Shown here: positions 18,637 through 26,714 of the stretch, piece by piece | Numbering within the stretch: position 1 is the stretch's first letter | Layout of the letters: every line of letters starts with the position of its first letter | From: a virus | Taxonomy: Duplodnaviria > Caudoviricetes | DNA length: 46,695 bases | Strand: one strand, 5' to 3' | IMG/VR virus record: IMGVR_UViG_3300037846_000042 | Span: 1 to 46,695 of that record | Notes under the pieces: generated by a model | Seen by the model: only the letters and a program-made list of their open reading frames with translations | Database searches by the model: none | Told to the model about the DNA's origin: nothing | Position numbers and translations under genes: made by a program

Positions 18637-19370
18637 TGTTGAAACCCATCGTGTTCGATTGCAATCACGCAAATCAGATCGGCTGGCACGTCGGTGGCGA
18701 GCAGGCCGGCTTCATCGCTCTCAAGGCCGCGGGCTTCGTCGGCGGCTTCCTCAAGGTGCGGCAGGGCATAGGCTTCAGCGATCCGGCGTTCGTGCGCAGA
18801 CGCGATCTCATGCGCCAGAACGGGCTCCTGGTCGGGGGTTACGATTTCTCGACTCACGACGATGTGAAGGAGAACGTCAAGGATTTCTTGGCGTCGACCG
18901 GCGCTGATCCGTCACTCGCGCATTGTCTCGATTTCGAGGATAACAAATCCTCGCAGATGACGGGCGCAATGGCGCGCGAGTTTCTCGATCGCGTGGATCA
19001 GTCGACCGGCCGCGCCTGCTGGATTTACGGCGGCAACCGGATCATCGAGCAGATCAGCAACATGCCCGACATTGAGGATGATGCGTTCTGGGCGCAGCAT
19101 CCGCTGTGGCTTTGTGCCTACAAGACCGACCCGGCATTGCGTGATACGGATGTGGCAACCTTAAAGCAACGTGTGGTTATTCCGAAACCGTGGACCAAAT
19201 GGAAGTTGCTTCAGTATACCGGAGATGGTATAGGTCCACTACCGCACAGCGCGCCCGGCCTGGAAGTGGGGGCTGATCTCAACGTCTACGACGGTGCGGC
19301 CGAGGAACTCGCGGCGTCGTGGCTGACAGATGGAGGGGCCGGTGAACAATCTCACGTGGGGACAGTATAA
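18636..19370 (+). CDS. Endolysin, GH25 muramidase
   Basis: VFDCNH, KVRQG..FSDP.F, G.YDF, CLDFED, LWLCAY, W.LLQYT, DLNVY. Confidence 0.85.
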   Translation: MLKPIVFDCNHANQIGWHVGGEQAGFIALKAAGFVGGFLKVRQGIGFSDPAFVRRRDLMRQNGLLVGGYDFSTHDDVKENVKDFLASTGADPSLAHCLDFEDNKSSQMTGAMAREFLDRVDQSTGRACWIYGGNRIIEQISNMPDIEDDAFWAQHPLWLCAYKTDPALRDTDVATLKQRVVIPKPWTKWKLLQYTGDGIGPLPHSAPGLEVGADLNVYDGAAEELAASWLTDGGAGEQSHVGTV

Positions 19371-19785
19371 GGCTGCGGGGCGCAACGCTCTCAGCTATGC
19401 GGCGGGTGGTATCACGGCTGCGGCGGCGATCGGCCTCATTTCGCAGCATGACTCGACCAGCCTCATGTCGGGGCTCAATCAGATTGCGAGCGGGCTGACC
19501 AGCATCGTCCAGGGTGTCGGCGTGATTGCCGGCATTCTGGCGCCGATTTATGCAGCGTTCAGGGCAGCTCATAGCGCGAGCCCGCAGGAGCAGATCAAGA
19601 CCGTGGCTGCGATGCCCGAGGTCAAGGGCATCGTGACCACGCCCGCGGTGGCGGATGCGCTGCCTATGGAGTCCAAGGTAGTGGCGACCGCGGCCGAGAT
19701 ACCGAGGGCGCCTATCCCCAACGGTCCAATTTCGTCTCAAGGTGTTGCGGCTGGGCAACAGAATCCGAATCGGCCCGGTGTATAG
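19342..19785 (+). CDS. Holin-like membrane protein
   Basis: Two hydrophobic segments; directly follows the endolysin. Confidence 0.55.
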   Translation: MNNLTWGQYKAAGRNALSYAAGGITAAAAIGLISQHDSTSLMSGLNQIASGLTSIVQGVGVIAGILAPIYAAFRAAHSASPQEQIKTVAAMPEVKGIVTTPAVADALPMESKVVATAAEIPRAPIPNGPISSQGVAAGQQNPNRPGV

Positions 19786-19822
19786 TTCTGTCGCACCACG
19801 GGGGTGCTGACAGGAGATCGAT

Positions 19823-20548
19823 ATGAAGATTTTGATCGCTTTGCTGATGTTGGGGACGGCGGCACACGCTGCCGATCTAAGGCTCAAGGCGCCGGCCTAC
19901 GTGACGCCCATCTGCACTGCGGGCGTGCCCATGACGCCCACCATGGCGGCTATCGCGCCGTCGTGCTCCGGCCCCTACGCCGGCTTTGGCGTCGAAGGTC
20001 TTGGCTCGAACCTCGATATCCTGGGTTCGGGTATCAACAACAGCGTGTTCGCGGGCGGCGGGATCATCAAAGCCACTGGCGGGTACCAGTTCTGGAACGG
20101 CCAGTTCTTCCTTGCGGGAGAAGCCAATGCCGGCATCAATCTGGCGAACAACGGGCTTGGCGCGCAGGTTGGCGTTGGCAAGAATTGGGATGCCAGCATC
20201 ATCGCCAAGGCTGGCGTCGGCCTGAGCAACGTGCTCGGCATCGGTTCCCAGGGAACGGTAGGCGCGGGCACACCCTCGCAGGGTATCAATCTCGCGGTGA
20301 TCCCCGGCACGTCGCTGATGTCGCCCTATCTGGCGATCGGCGAGAGCTTCAAGCAGGGCAATCAGGGCTGGACGATGGGAGCTGGGACCGAGTTCATCCT
20401 GGCCCAAGGCTGGAATCTCGACATCTACTATCACCACATCAACTGGCAGAACTCGCAAATGACGGTGTTGCCGGGAGCGCTGCCCGCCGCGGTCGTGTCG
20501 ACCACGCCTGAGAACCGGGTTGGCTTCGCGTTCCTGAAGATGTTTTAA
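19823..20548 (+). CDS. Outer-membrane beta-barrel protein, Omp25/RopB-like
   Basis: Signal peptide then AADL..KAP; SGPYAG, GGYQFWNG, GWTMGAGTEF, C-terminal Phe. Confidence 0.8.
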   Translation: MKILIALLMLGTAAHAADLRLKAPAYVTPICTAGVPMTPTMAAIAPSCSGPYAGFGVEGLGSNLDILGSGINNSVFAGGGIIKATGGYQFWNGQFFLAGEANAGINLANNGLGAQVGVGKNWDASIIAKAGVGLSNVLGIGSQGTVGAGTPSQGINLAVIPGTSLMSPYLAIGESFKQGNQGWTMGAGTEFILAQGWNLDIYYHHINWQNSQMTVLPGALPAAVVSTTPENRVGFAFLKMF

Positions 20549-20562
20549 AAGGGTTTTGGTGT

Positions 20563-21066
20563 GTGGCGATAGATCGAAACTTGGTAGGCGCGACAACAAT
20601 TGTCGCGCTTCTTTTCGGCGGGAGTTGGACGGTATTTCAGACGCAGTTCAGCTCTATCGATAAAGAAATTCTAACTTTGCGCGAGACTTTATCGATTACT
20701 GGCAAGGTGGATAAGGATGATGCCGGAAAGAAATTCGACGCTTTGGATGGGCAGATTTCCAAGATCAACGACACGCTCAGGGCCGACATTGCGAGCAACC
20801 TTATCAGCCGCAATGAATTTATGCAGTTTCAATACCGTTTCGAGTCTATGTCAAAGCAAAACGATGAAACTCGGGAGCGTATGAATACGTTGGCCGCGAG
20901 AAGCGCGCGCACGCCGGTTGAGAAGGAAACAATAGACGCGATAGTTAACGCGCTCGACAAGCAGATTCAATTGGTCCAGGGCCAGATAATAGACATTAAC
21001 CGGCAGATCGCCGCAGCTTTGATCATCATCGACAACAACGCTAAAAAGACAGCGTTGCCACCATAG
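20563..21066 (+). CDS. Membrane-anchored coiled-coil protein (lysis-associated, i-spanin-like topology)
   Basis: N-terminal hydrophobic helix followed by long heptad-rich helices. Confidence 0.55.
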   Translation: MAIDRNLVGATTIVALLFGGSWTVFQTQFSSIDKEILTLRETLSITGKVDKDDAGKKFDALDGQISKINDTLRADIASNLISRNEFMQFQYRFESMSKQNDETRERMNTLAARSARTPVEKETIDAIVNALDKQIQLVQGQIIDINRQIAAALIIIDNNAKKTALPP

Positions 21067-21075
21067 GAGGCTACC

Positions 21076-21272
21076 ATGGCGAACTTCGGTCTGATCTTCC
21101 TCGTCTTTGCATTCGTCATCGCGTGCATCGCGTGCATCGCGTCGCGTCGCGTCGCGTTCGTGGTTGGTATGCGACGCCGCAGCCTTTCAATCTTCTCGCT
21201 CTTGCGATTGCGTTCTGGATCGCGAGCGAGCTGATCGGCGGTCTGGCGAAGTCAGGCATCCTGCCCCATTGA
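21076..21272 (+). pseudogene. Small two-TM membrane protein, frameshifted at a (GCGTC)n repeat
   Basis: AGGAGG RBS; the first frame stops at 21234, but removing one 5-bp unit restores ...ASRRVRGWYATPQPFNLLALAIAFWIASELIGGLAKSGILPH. Confidence 0.6.
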
Positions 21273-21298
21273 CATAAAGTTTCGTTACAGCGTAGAGT
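21269..21298 (+). promoter_or_regulatory. Putative sigma70 promoter for the scaffold/capsid operon
   Basis: TTGACA-18 nt-TAGAGT. Confidence 0.45.
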
Positions 21299-21308
21299 AG
21301 CGCAATCT

Positions 21309-21381
21309 TCGACCGGCCCCCGTAAGGGGCTCGATTGACACCCGTAAGGTGGACCGCCCTCGACTGGTGGCCGTAAGTCAC
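21309..21381 (+). ncRNA. Putative cis-regulatory RNA: three tandem 22-nt hairpin units with CGUAA loops
   Basis: TCGAYYG + stem + CGTAA + stem at 21309, 21331 and 21360; the stems differ in sequence but all pair. Confidence 0.65.
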
Positions 21382-21398
21382 TCTATGGAGCGTGTTGC

Positions 21399-22139
21399 AT
21401 GGCCGTTGACGACGAACCTGAAGACGATCTCCCGCTCGATCCGCCCGAGGAAGAAATCGAGCAAGATGAGCAAGAGACCGATCCCGAGGAGGCAGAGGGT
21501 GAGCCTGAAGAGGCAGAACCTGAAGCGGCGGGAGAACAGGATCGTCAGCCAGGCGAGCAGCGTCAACCTTCGCGACGAGATTCTCGCATCGAGACCCTGA
21601 CCAACTCCGTCAAGGAGGAACGGCAGCGCCGAGCGGAACTCGAACGACGGTTGGACAGTCTCCTCGCCGGGCAAGTCAAGCAGCCTTCTCTTGGCGAAAG
21701 CCAGGAGCAACGCGCGCAACGCTTGGCATTGTTGACGCCGGAAGAACGGATTACGGAGACCCTGCGAGAGAGTGAGCAACGACATGCTTACGAACTTCGC
21801 AGCCTTCAGTTCTCCATTGCTGACGGCAACGACAGGGCCGCTTTCGAGGCGAAGGCTACGGTTGATCCGTTGTACGCCAAGTGGAAGTCGAGGGTCGGTG
21901 AGGAGTTGGGCAAGCTGCGTCAGCAAGGTCAGAACGTGGATCGCGAGAAGCTCATGTTCTATTTGATCGGGCAGAACGCAGTCGCAGGGCGCAAGCAGCA
22001 GGCGGGACAGCAGCGCACGGCTGCGGCTCGCCGGGTGAACCAGCAACGCACGCGCCCATCCAACTCAGGCAGCGACACGTCGACGACACGGACCCGGAAC
22101 ACTTCTCTCGAACGGCGGCTGGAGAACCAGTCAATTTAG
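21399..22139 (+). CDS. Capsid scaffolding protein
   Basis: Acidic N-terminus, coiled coil, basic C-terminus; immediately upstream of MCP. Confidence 0.8.
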   Translation: MAVDDEPEDDLPLDPPEEEIEQDEQETDPEEAEGEPEEAEPEAAGEQDRQPGEQRQPSRRDSRIETLTNSVKEERQRRAELERRLDSLLAGQVKQPSLGESQEQRAQRLALLTPEERITETLRESEQRHAYELRSLQFSIADGNDRAAFEAKATVDPLYAKWKSRVGEELGKLRQQGQNVDREKLMFYLIGQNAVAGRKQQAGQQRTAAARRVNQQRTRPSNSGSDTSTTRTRNTSLERRLENQSI

Positions 22140-22164
22140 CGCCATGCGCGCCGAGGAGAAGTAA

Positions 22165-23508
22165 ATGGCCGTCAACCAGGCATCCGGCTTCCAAGCCGAC
22201 ATTGAAGCCTATATTGCCGACAAGACTTTGCCGCTCGCCCGGCGTCAGCTCGTGGTCTACCAGTTCGGCGACCCACTGACCTTGCCCAAGGGGCGCGGTC
22301 TCACCTACACGGCCACCCGCTATAATCGTGTTGCCCTGCCCTTCGCGCCGCTCTCGGAGGGCGTGCCTCCGGTGGGCGAGATCATGACCATTGGCCAGGT
22401 CACGGCGACTGCGCTCCAGTGGGGCGACAAGATCACCATCACGGACGTGGCCGAGATGACGATCAAGCATCCGCTGTTCAAGAAGGCGATCGAGCTGCTG
22501 GGCCTTCAGGTGGCGGAAACTCTTGAACGCAACACCTTCAACAACCTGATGGGTGGCGCGCAGATCAATTACGTGAACTCGCGCGGCGCCAGAGCCTCCC
22601 TTGTGGCCGGCGACGTGATGAACATTCACGAGTTGAACCGGGCCTATGCGATGCTCGTGACCCTCGGGGCCCCGCGCTATTCGGGCGACGAGATGACGGA
22701 CACGAAGCTGGAGGCCGACGCAGGCGGCTCCAAGGCGTCGAGCGATCCGCGCAAGATGCCGCATTATGTCGCTGTCATTCATCCGTTTGTGGCGGGCGAC
22801 CTGCGCGAGAACCAGCCGATCCAGTATGCGTGGTCGCAGTCGGACATCAACCGACTTTACAATTACGAGCTGGGGGAATGGTCCGGCATCCGGTTTTGTA
22901 TGTCAAATCTTGTGCCGTCGTTCGTCGGCAACGCGCAGATCAATCCCGGCATCGCGGCGACCGGCACGTTGGCGACCGGCAACTACTTCATCGTGGTCAC
23001 GGGCTCGGACACCCAGAACCAGTACGAACAGCAAATCTATCTGGTGTCGGCGTCGACCGCGGTTGTCGGTCCCAACGGGTCGCTCACGGTGGCGCTGCCA
23101 TCGACCGCCAACTACACCTGGAGCGTCTACGTCGGCACCACGAATGCGCCGGTCAATCTGGGCCTGTCGGCTTCCGGCCCCACGTCAGGACCGTTGCAGG
23201 GGCAGGCGACGCAGCTTGCAGGCGGCCAGACCGTCACGATTACCGGCCTGGGCTCCGCGCAAATCCCGCCCGCGTCGCCGTCCGCTGGCGTGACGGTCTA
23301 TCCGAACTTCATCTTCGGCCGTGGCGCCTATGGGCAGATCATGCTCGACGACGTGAAATTCACGTACCTGAAGGAAGCGGACAAGAGCGATCCCCTGAAT
23401 CAGCTTCGGGTGGCCGGATGGAAGGCATTTTATGGAACTATTTTCCTCAATCAGCAGTTCATGATGAGGATCGAATCAACCAGCGCGTTCAATTCCACCT
23501 TTGGGTGA
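22165..23508 (+). CDS. Major capsid protein (N4-gp56-like HK97 fold)
   Basis: LPKGRG, PLSEGVPP, QWGD.I.ITD, YVAVIHP.V..DL, ELGEWSGIRF, DKSDPLNQ...GWK. Confidence 0.92.
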   Translation: MAVNQASGFQADIEAYIADKTLPLARRQLVVYQFGDPLTLPKGRGLTYTATRYNRVALPFAPLSEGVPPVGEIMTIGQVTATALQWGDKITITDVAEMTIKHPLFKKAIELLGLQVAETLERNTFNNLMGGAQINYVNSRGARASLVAGDVMNIHELNRAYAMLVTLGAPRYSGDEMTDTKLEADAGGSKASSDPRKMPHYVAVIHPFVAGDLRENQPIQYAWSQSDINRLYNYELGEWSGIRFCMSNLVPSFVGNAQINPGIAATGTLATGNYFIVVTGSDTQNQYEQQIYLVSASTAVVGPNGSLTVALPSTANYTWSVYVGTTNAPVNLGLSASGPTSGPLQGQATQLAGGQTVTITGLGSAQIPPASPSAGVTVYPNFIFGRGAYGQIMLDDVKFTYLKEADKSDPLNQLRVAGWKAFYGTIFLNQQFMMRIESTSAFNSTFG

Positions 23509-23511
23509 CGC

Positions 23512-23693
23512 ATGGCCTATCAACTGACGTGGGAAGTTGACATTGTGTGGGTGCCCCCTGGCATGGGAGCGGCGCCCTTAATGCCGCTGACATAACGGCG
23601 TTGGTTGCCGGTTTGTCGGCCGACCTGACCGCCCAACTCAACGCCAACCCGGCATTTGCCCAGATGGGGCAATGGCCGACAGGCGCAGGATAG
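23512..23693 (+). pseudogene. Internally deleted, frameshifted paralogue of 23703..23990
   Basis: Frame 1 MAYQLTWEVDIVWVPPGMG and another frame GSGALNAADITALVAGLSADLTAQLNANPAFAQMGQWPTGAG match the two ends of the downstream protein. Confidence 0.7.
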
Positions 23694-23702
23694 GAGATCG
23701 CG

Positions 23703-23990
23703 ATGGCCTACAGACTTCGCTATGTTGTTTTTGCCGATTGGATTGGGCCGGGGCAAGGGCAGCTCACGTCGGCGCAGTATCCCGGTCAAGCCGGCGCCGG
23801 CAACGCGCAGACGCTTCAGTTGCAGAATGTGCAGGGCGGCCAGAATATTGTCGGCACCGGCTCGGGCGGCGCGATTGCGGCCGCCGACATCACGACGCTG
23901 ACTAACGCTATGGCGGCCGACATTTTGGCGCAGATGAATGCGCAGCCGACGTTCGGCCGGCTTGGCAACTTCTCGACGGGGCAGCCCTGA
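23703..23990 (+). CDS. Putative minor capsid/decoration protein
   Basis: 95 aa, AGGAG RBS, downstream of MCP. Confidence 0.65.
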   Translation: MAYRLRYVVFADWIGPGQGQLTSAQYPGQAGAGNAQTLQLQNVQGGQNIVGTGSGGAIAAADITTLTNAMAADILAQMNAQPTFGRLGNFSTGQP

Positions 23991-24343
23991 TGGCCTTACG
24001 CACAATCGGTACCAACGCAAACAATACGTTGAAAGGTTTTGTCGTAGGTTTCAACGACACGATTACAGCGGACCTTGCAACGTTGAATACAGACCTTCGC
24101 GCTGATGCGCCCGGTTTCAACGCCATGGTAGTGCCGGCGACGACTGGGCTCGCGGCCGGGCTTGGGACGAACCGCCCTCGTATCAACCAAGCCTACGTCA
24201 AGAAGGGCCTGTTGATCATTCCCAATCGCGGCACGCTTAAGCTCAAGGATGGCGACGTGGTGGCGTGGGACGCTACTACAGGTTGGCCGATTGTGATCTC
24301 GGGCGACGCGGCATCCGTAGGGTCAATTTGGGTCCATTCTTAA
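23990..24343 (+). CDS. Putative virion protein
   Basis: 117 aa; IPNRGTLKL..GD.VA.D..TGWPIVIS. Confidence 0.7.
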   Translation: MALRTIGTNANNTLKGFVVGFNDTITADLATLNTDLRADAPGFNAMVVPATTGLAAGLGTNRPRINQAYVKKGLLIIPNRGTLKLKDGDVVAWDATTGWPIVISGDAASVGSIWVHS

Positions 24344-24355
24344 CAGGAGAATTGC

Positions 24356-24727
24356 ATGCCCTCGTTGGTGTCTTTGAACGCGGTTACTTCTGTGCAGGTA
24401 GGAAGCGCTCTGTCGTTTTCAGAACTTCGGGCCGGAACTGGCATGCTCGTGAATGTGACGGGTAGCCCGAGCAGCGTCAGTATTAATTTGGAAGGGACTA
24501 TTGATGGAACTAATTGGTTTGTATTGGCCAATTCTGGAAACACGGGCCAGTTTCTCATGGGAGGTGTTTTATTTCCAGTAAAAGGAGTGCGCGCAAATCT
24601 TACGGATTTGAGTGGCGGCAGTAGTCCGACTGTTACGGCTACTGTTGTGGCGGCGAGTTTGTTGTCTTCAATAGCAATAAGTCAAAGTTTGAGCACTACC
24701 GTGACCCCCAGCATTACTTACGATTAG
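24356..24727 (+). CDS. Beta-sandwich protein (LEGTIDGTNW motif)
   Basis: 123 aa, AGGAG RBS, lower GC than its neighbours. Confidence 0.65.
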   Translation: MPSLVSLNAVTSVQVGSALSFSELRAGTGMLVNVTGSPSSVSINLEGTIDGTNWFVLANSGNTGQFLMGGVLFPVKGVRANLTDLSGGSSPTVTATVVAASLLSSIAISQSLSTTVTPSITYD

Positions 24728-24735
24728 GACCTCAC

Positions 24736-25254
24736 ATGGCAAAGAAACGAACCCTCGCCGCTGCCCTGGCCGAGATCGACCAGCGTGTCGACGCCGATGA
24801 GCTTCTGGACGCCGCCGCGCGTGAGATGATCAAGAAGAAGGCGCGCGAGACCGTTTTGGCTCGCAGGCGAGCCGAGGTCGAGAAGATCGCGCTTGAGGCC
24901 GCCATCGCGGAGGAGGAGCGCAAGTTCGCGGTTGTCGAGGAGTGGGAGACCGTGACGGTCAACCTCGCGCCGTACTGCGCCATGGTGACACTCGACGGCA
25001 CGATGTATTTCCACGGCATCGACTACGAGGTTCCGTACTCGGTCGCACGCACCATCGAGGACGTGATGGCGCGCACGTGGGAACATCAGAACGAGATTCA
25101 GGGCCAGCGCCGCAAGGGCGATGTGGCCTGGGAAGCGACGCGCAAACGTCGTTATGAGAATGGCGGCGTGGCGCTGGGATCGTCGGAAGCTCAGCGGCTT
25201 CAGAGCACCATGACGCCCGGCACGATCAACACCAGAACTCTCGCGAGGGTATGA
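24736..25254 (+). CDS. Hypothetical protein
   Basis: 172 aa, codon usage typical of this genome. Confidence 0.75.
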   Translation: MAKKRTLAAALAEIDQRVDADELLDAAAREMIKKKARETVLARRRAEVEKIALEAAIAEEERKFAVVEEWETVTVNLAPYCAMVTLDGTMYFHGIDYEVPYSVARTIEDVMARTWEHQNEIQGQRRKGDVAWEATRKRRYENGGVALGSSEAQRLQSTMTPGTINTRTLARV

Positions 25255-25694
25255 TGCTCGACAAGACCGATGACCTCGATCCGACCCTCGACGTTCCCGC
25301 TATCAGTGTGCAATTGTCCTCCACGATCGGCGGCACGCGCAGCCTGACGCTGACCACCGGCTTGCCGATGGACTGCAAGAAGTCGCAGCTCGACGAGCTT
25401 TTGGACAAGATCACGGCGGCGTCCGATCGGCAGAAGAAGCTGTTCGACTTGGAGCAGACTCGCGCGCTGCTCAAGAACGAGGAGCAGAACCTGCATCAGC
25501 ATCGCACGCAGATCGGGATGCAGGAGTTGAAGTTCGAGCAGGATTACAACATCTCTGGGCGCAAGGGCGAGTTTCGACCGACTGCGAGTCAGCGGAGCGT
25601 GCTTGACGGTTTGCAGAAAAATGTCGTCAACAGCTCCGAACGCATCCAGCAATTGCGCGAACTCATTGTGAAGATGGAACAGGAATGCCGCTGA
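25251..25694 (+). CDS. Hypothetical coiled-coil protein
   Basis: 147 aa, ATGA overlap. Confidence 0.7.
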   Translation: MMLDKTDDLDPTLDVPAISVQLSSTIGGTRSLTLTTGLPMDCKKSQLDELLDKITAASDRQKKLFDLEQTRALLKNEEQNLHQHRTQIGMQELKFEQDYNISGRKGEFRPTASQRSVLDGLQKNVVNSSERIQQLRELIVKMEQECR

Positions 25695-26440
25695 CGGCTG
25701 CGCAGATATGCACCCGAGCTGCACAGATCGCCCGTGTCCCCGGTTTCCTGACCCAAGCCGGGGACTCGCTTAACTACGTCCTCCAGGAGCTTTGCCAGAC
25801 CTACGATTTCGATCTGGCAAAGCAGACCTTCAATTTCAACTTTGCCCCCGCGCAGCTCAACGGTAACGGCCAGGCGTTCCAGAACCTGCCGACGAACTAC
25901 CTGCGCGCCATCCGCAACGAGTGTTTTTACTATATCAGCGGCGTGCCTTACCCGATGATCCCGCTCGATCAGGCGGAAGGCGATATGCTGGTTCAGCAGG
26001 CCGGGGTTTCCAACTTCCCGATCTTTTTCTGGACCGACATGACGAATACGGGCGCTACGAACAACGGCACCGCGGGCGTGCCGGTCATGCTGTTCTGGAT
26101 GCCGCCCTCGGGCGCGTATCAGGCTATTTTGCGTTACTATTCGCAGATGCCCGACATTGCGAATCCGTCGACCAGCGCAACCGTGCCTTGGTTCCCGTTC
26201 ACCAACTACCTCGTGACGCGCGTGGCAGGGGAATTGATGAAGGACGCGGACGACGAGCGCACGAATCAGTATCTCGGGGACGATGACGACAAAGCGCCGA
26301 ACGGTGCGGGCACTTTGCTGCGCAAGTATCTTAAGATGAAGGATGACAAGGAGAACCGGGTCGAGACCGTGCAACTCGATCGTCGTCGGTTCGGTCGTTC
26401 GTTTGATCGACTTCGGAATACTAAGCAGATCGGGTGGTAA
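25685..26440 (+). CDS. Head-tail adaptor protein
   Basis: T..QI..RA..IA, LN..LQEL, LPTNYLR, FW.PP...Y...LRYY; located upstream of the nozzle. Confidence 0.7.
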   Translation: MPLTAAQICTRAAQIARVPGFLTQAGDSLNYVLQELCQTYDFDLAKQTFNFNFAPAQLNGNGQAFQNLPTNYLRAIRNECFYYISGVPYPMIPLDQAEGDMLVQQAGVSNFPIFFWTDMTNTGATNNGTAGVPVMLFWMPPSGAYQAILRYYSQMPDIANPSTSATVPWFPFTNYLVTRVAGELMKDADDERTNQYLGDDDDKAPNGAGTLLRKYLKMKDDKENRVETVQLDRRRFGRSFDRLRNTKQIGW

Positions 26441-26441
26441 A

Positions 26442-26714
26442 ATGGGCCATAGTTATCCGACCGCAGAAAAGCAGCGCATCGCCAATGAAGAATGGAATAA
26501 AGCGCGGGATGAACGTAAGGCTGCTGCGCGCAAGGAGCTAGCTGGAAAGATTATCATGGTTGTGGTGGACCGCATCGTAGCCGAGATCATCCGCCCAGGG
26601 CCAAAGCCGGAAGAACGCGAGTGTTACGTTATGGCTGGCGAGTTGCGCGCGATCACAGCAGACCTTGAGGAACTAACTAAGCAAGTTATTGATGTGAATG
26701 GCGGCGTTGATTGA
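26442..26714 (+). CDS. Hypothetical protein
   Basis: 90 aa MGHSYPTAEK..., inserted between adaptor and nozzle. Confidence 0.5.
   Translation: MGHSYPTAEKQRIANEEWNKARDERKAAARKELAGKIIMVVVDRIVAEIIRPGPKPEERECYVMAGELRAITADLEELTKQVIDVNGGVD

Noticed and set aside
21309-21381. Mini-CRISPR array
   Set aside because: Units are nearly adjacent with no spacers, and variation is mostly in paired stems; no cas operon is present
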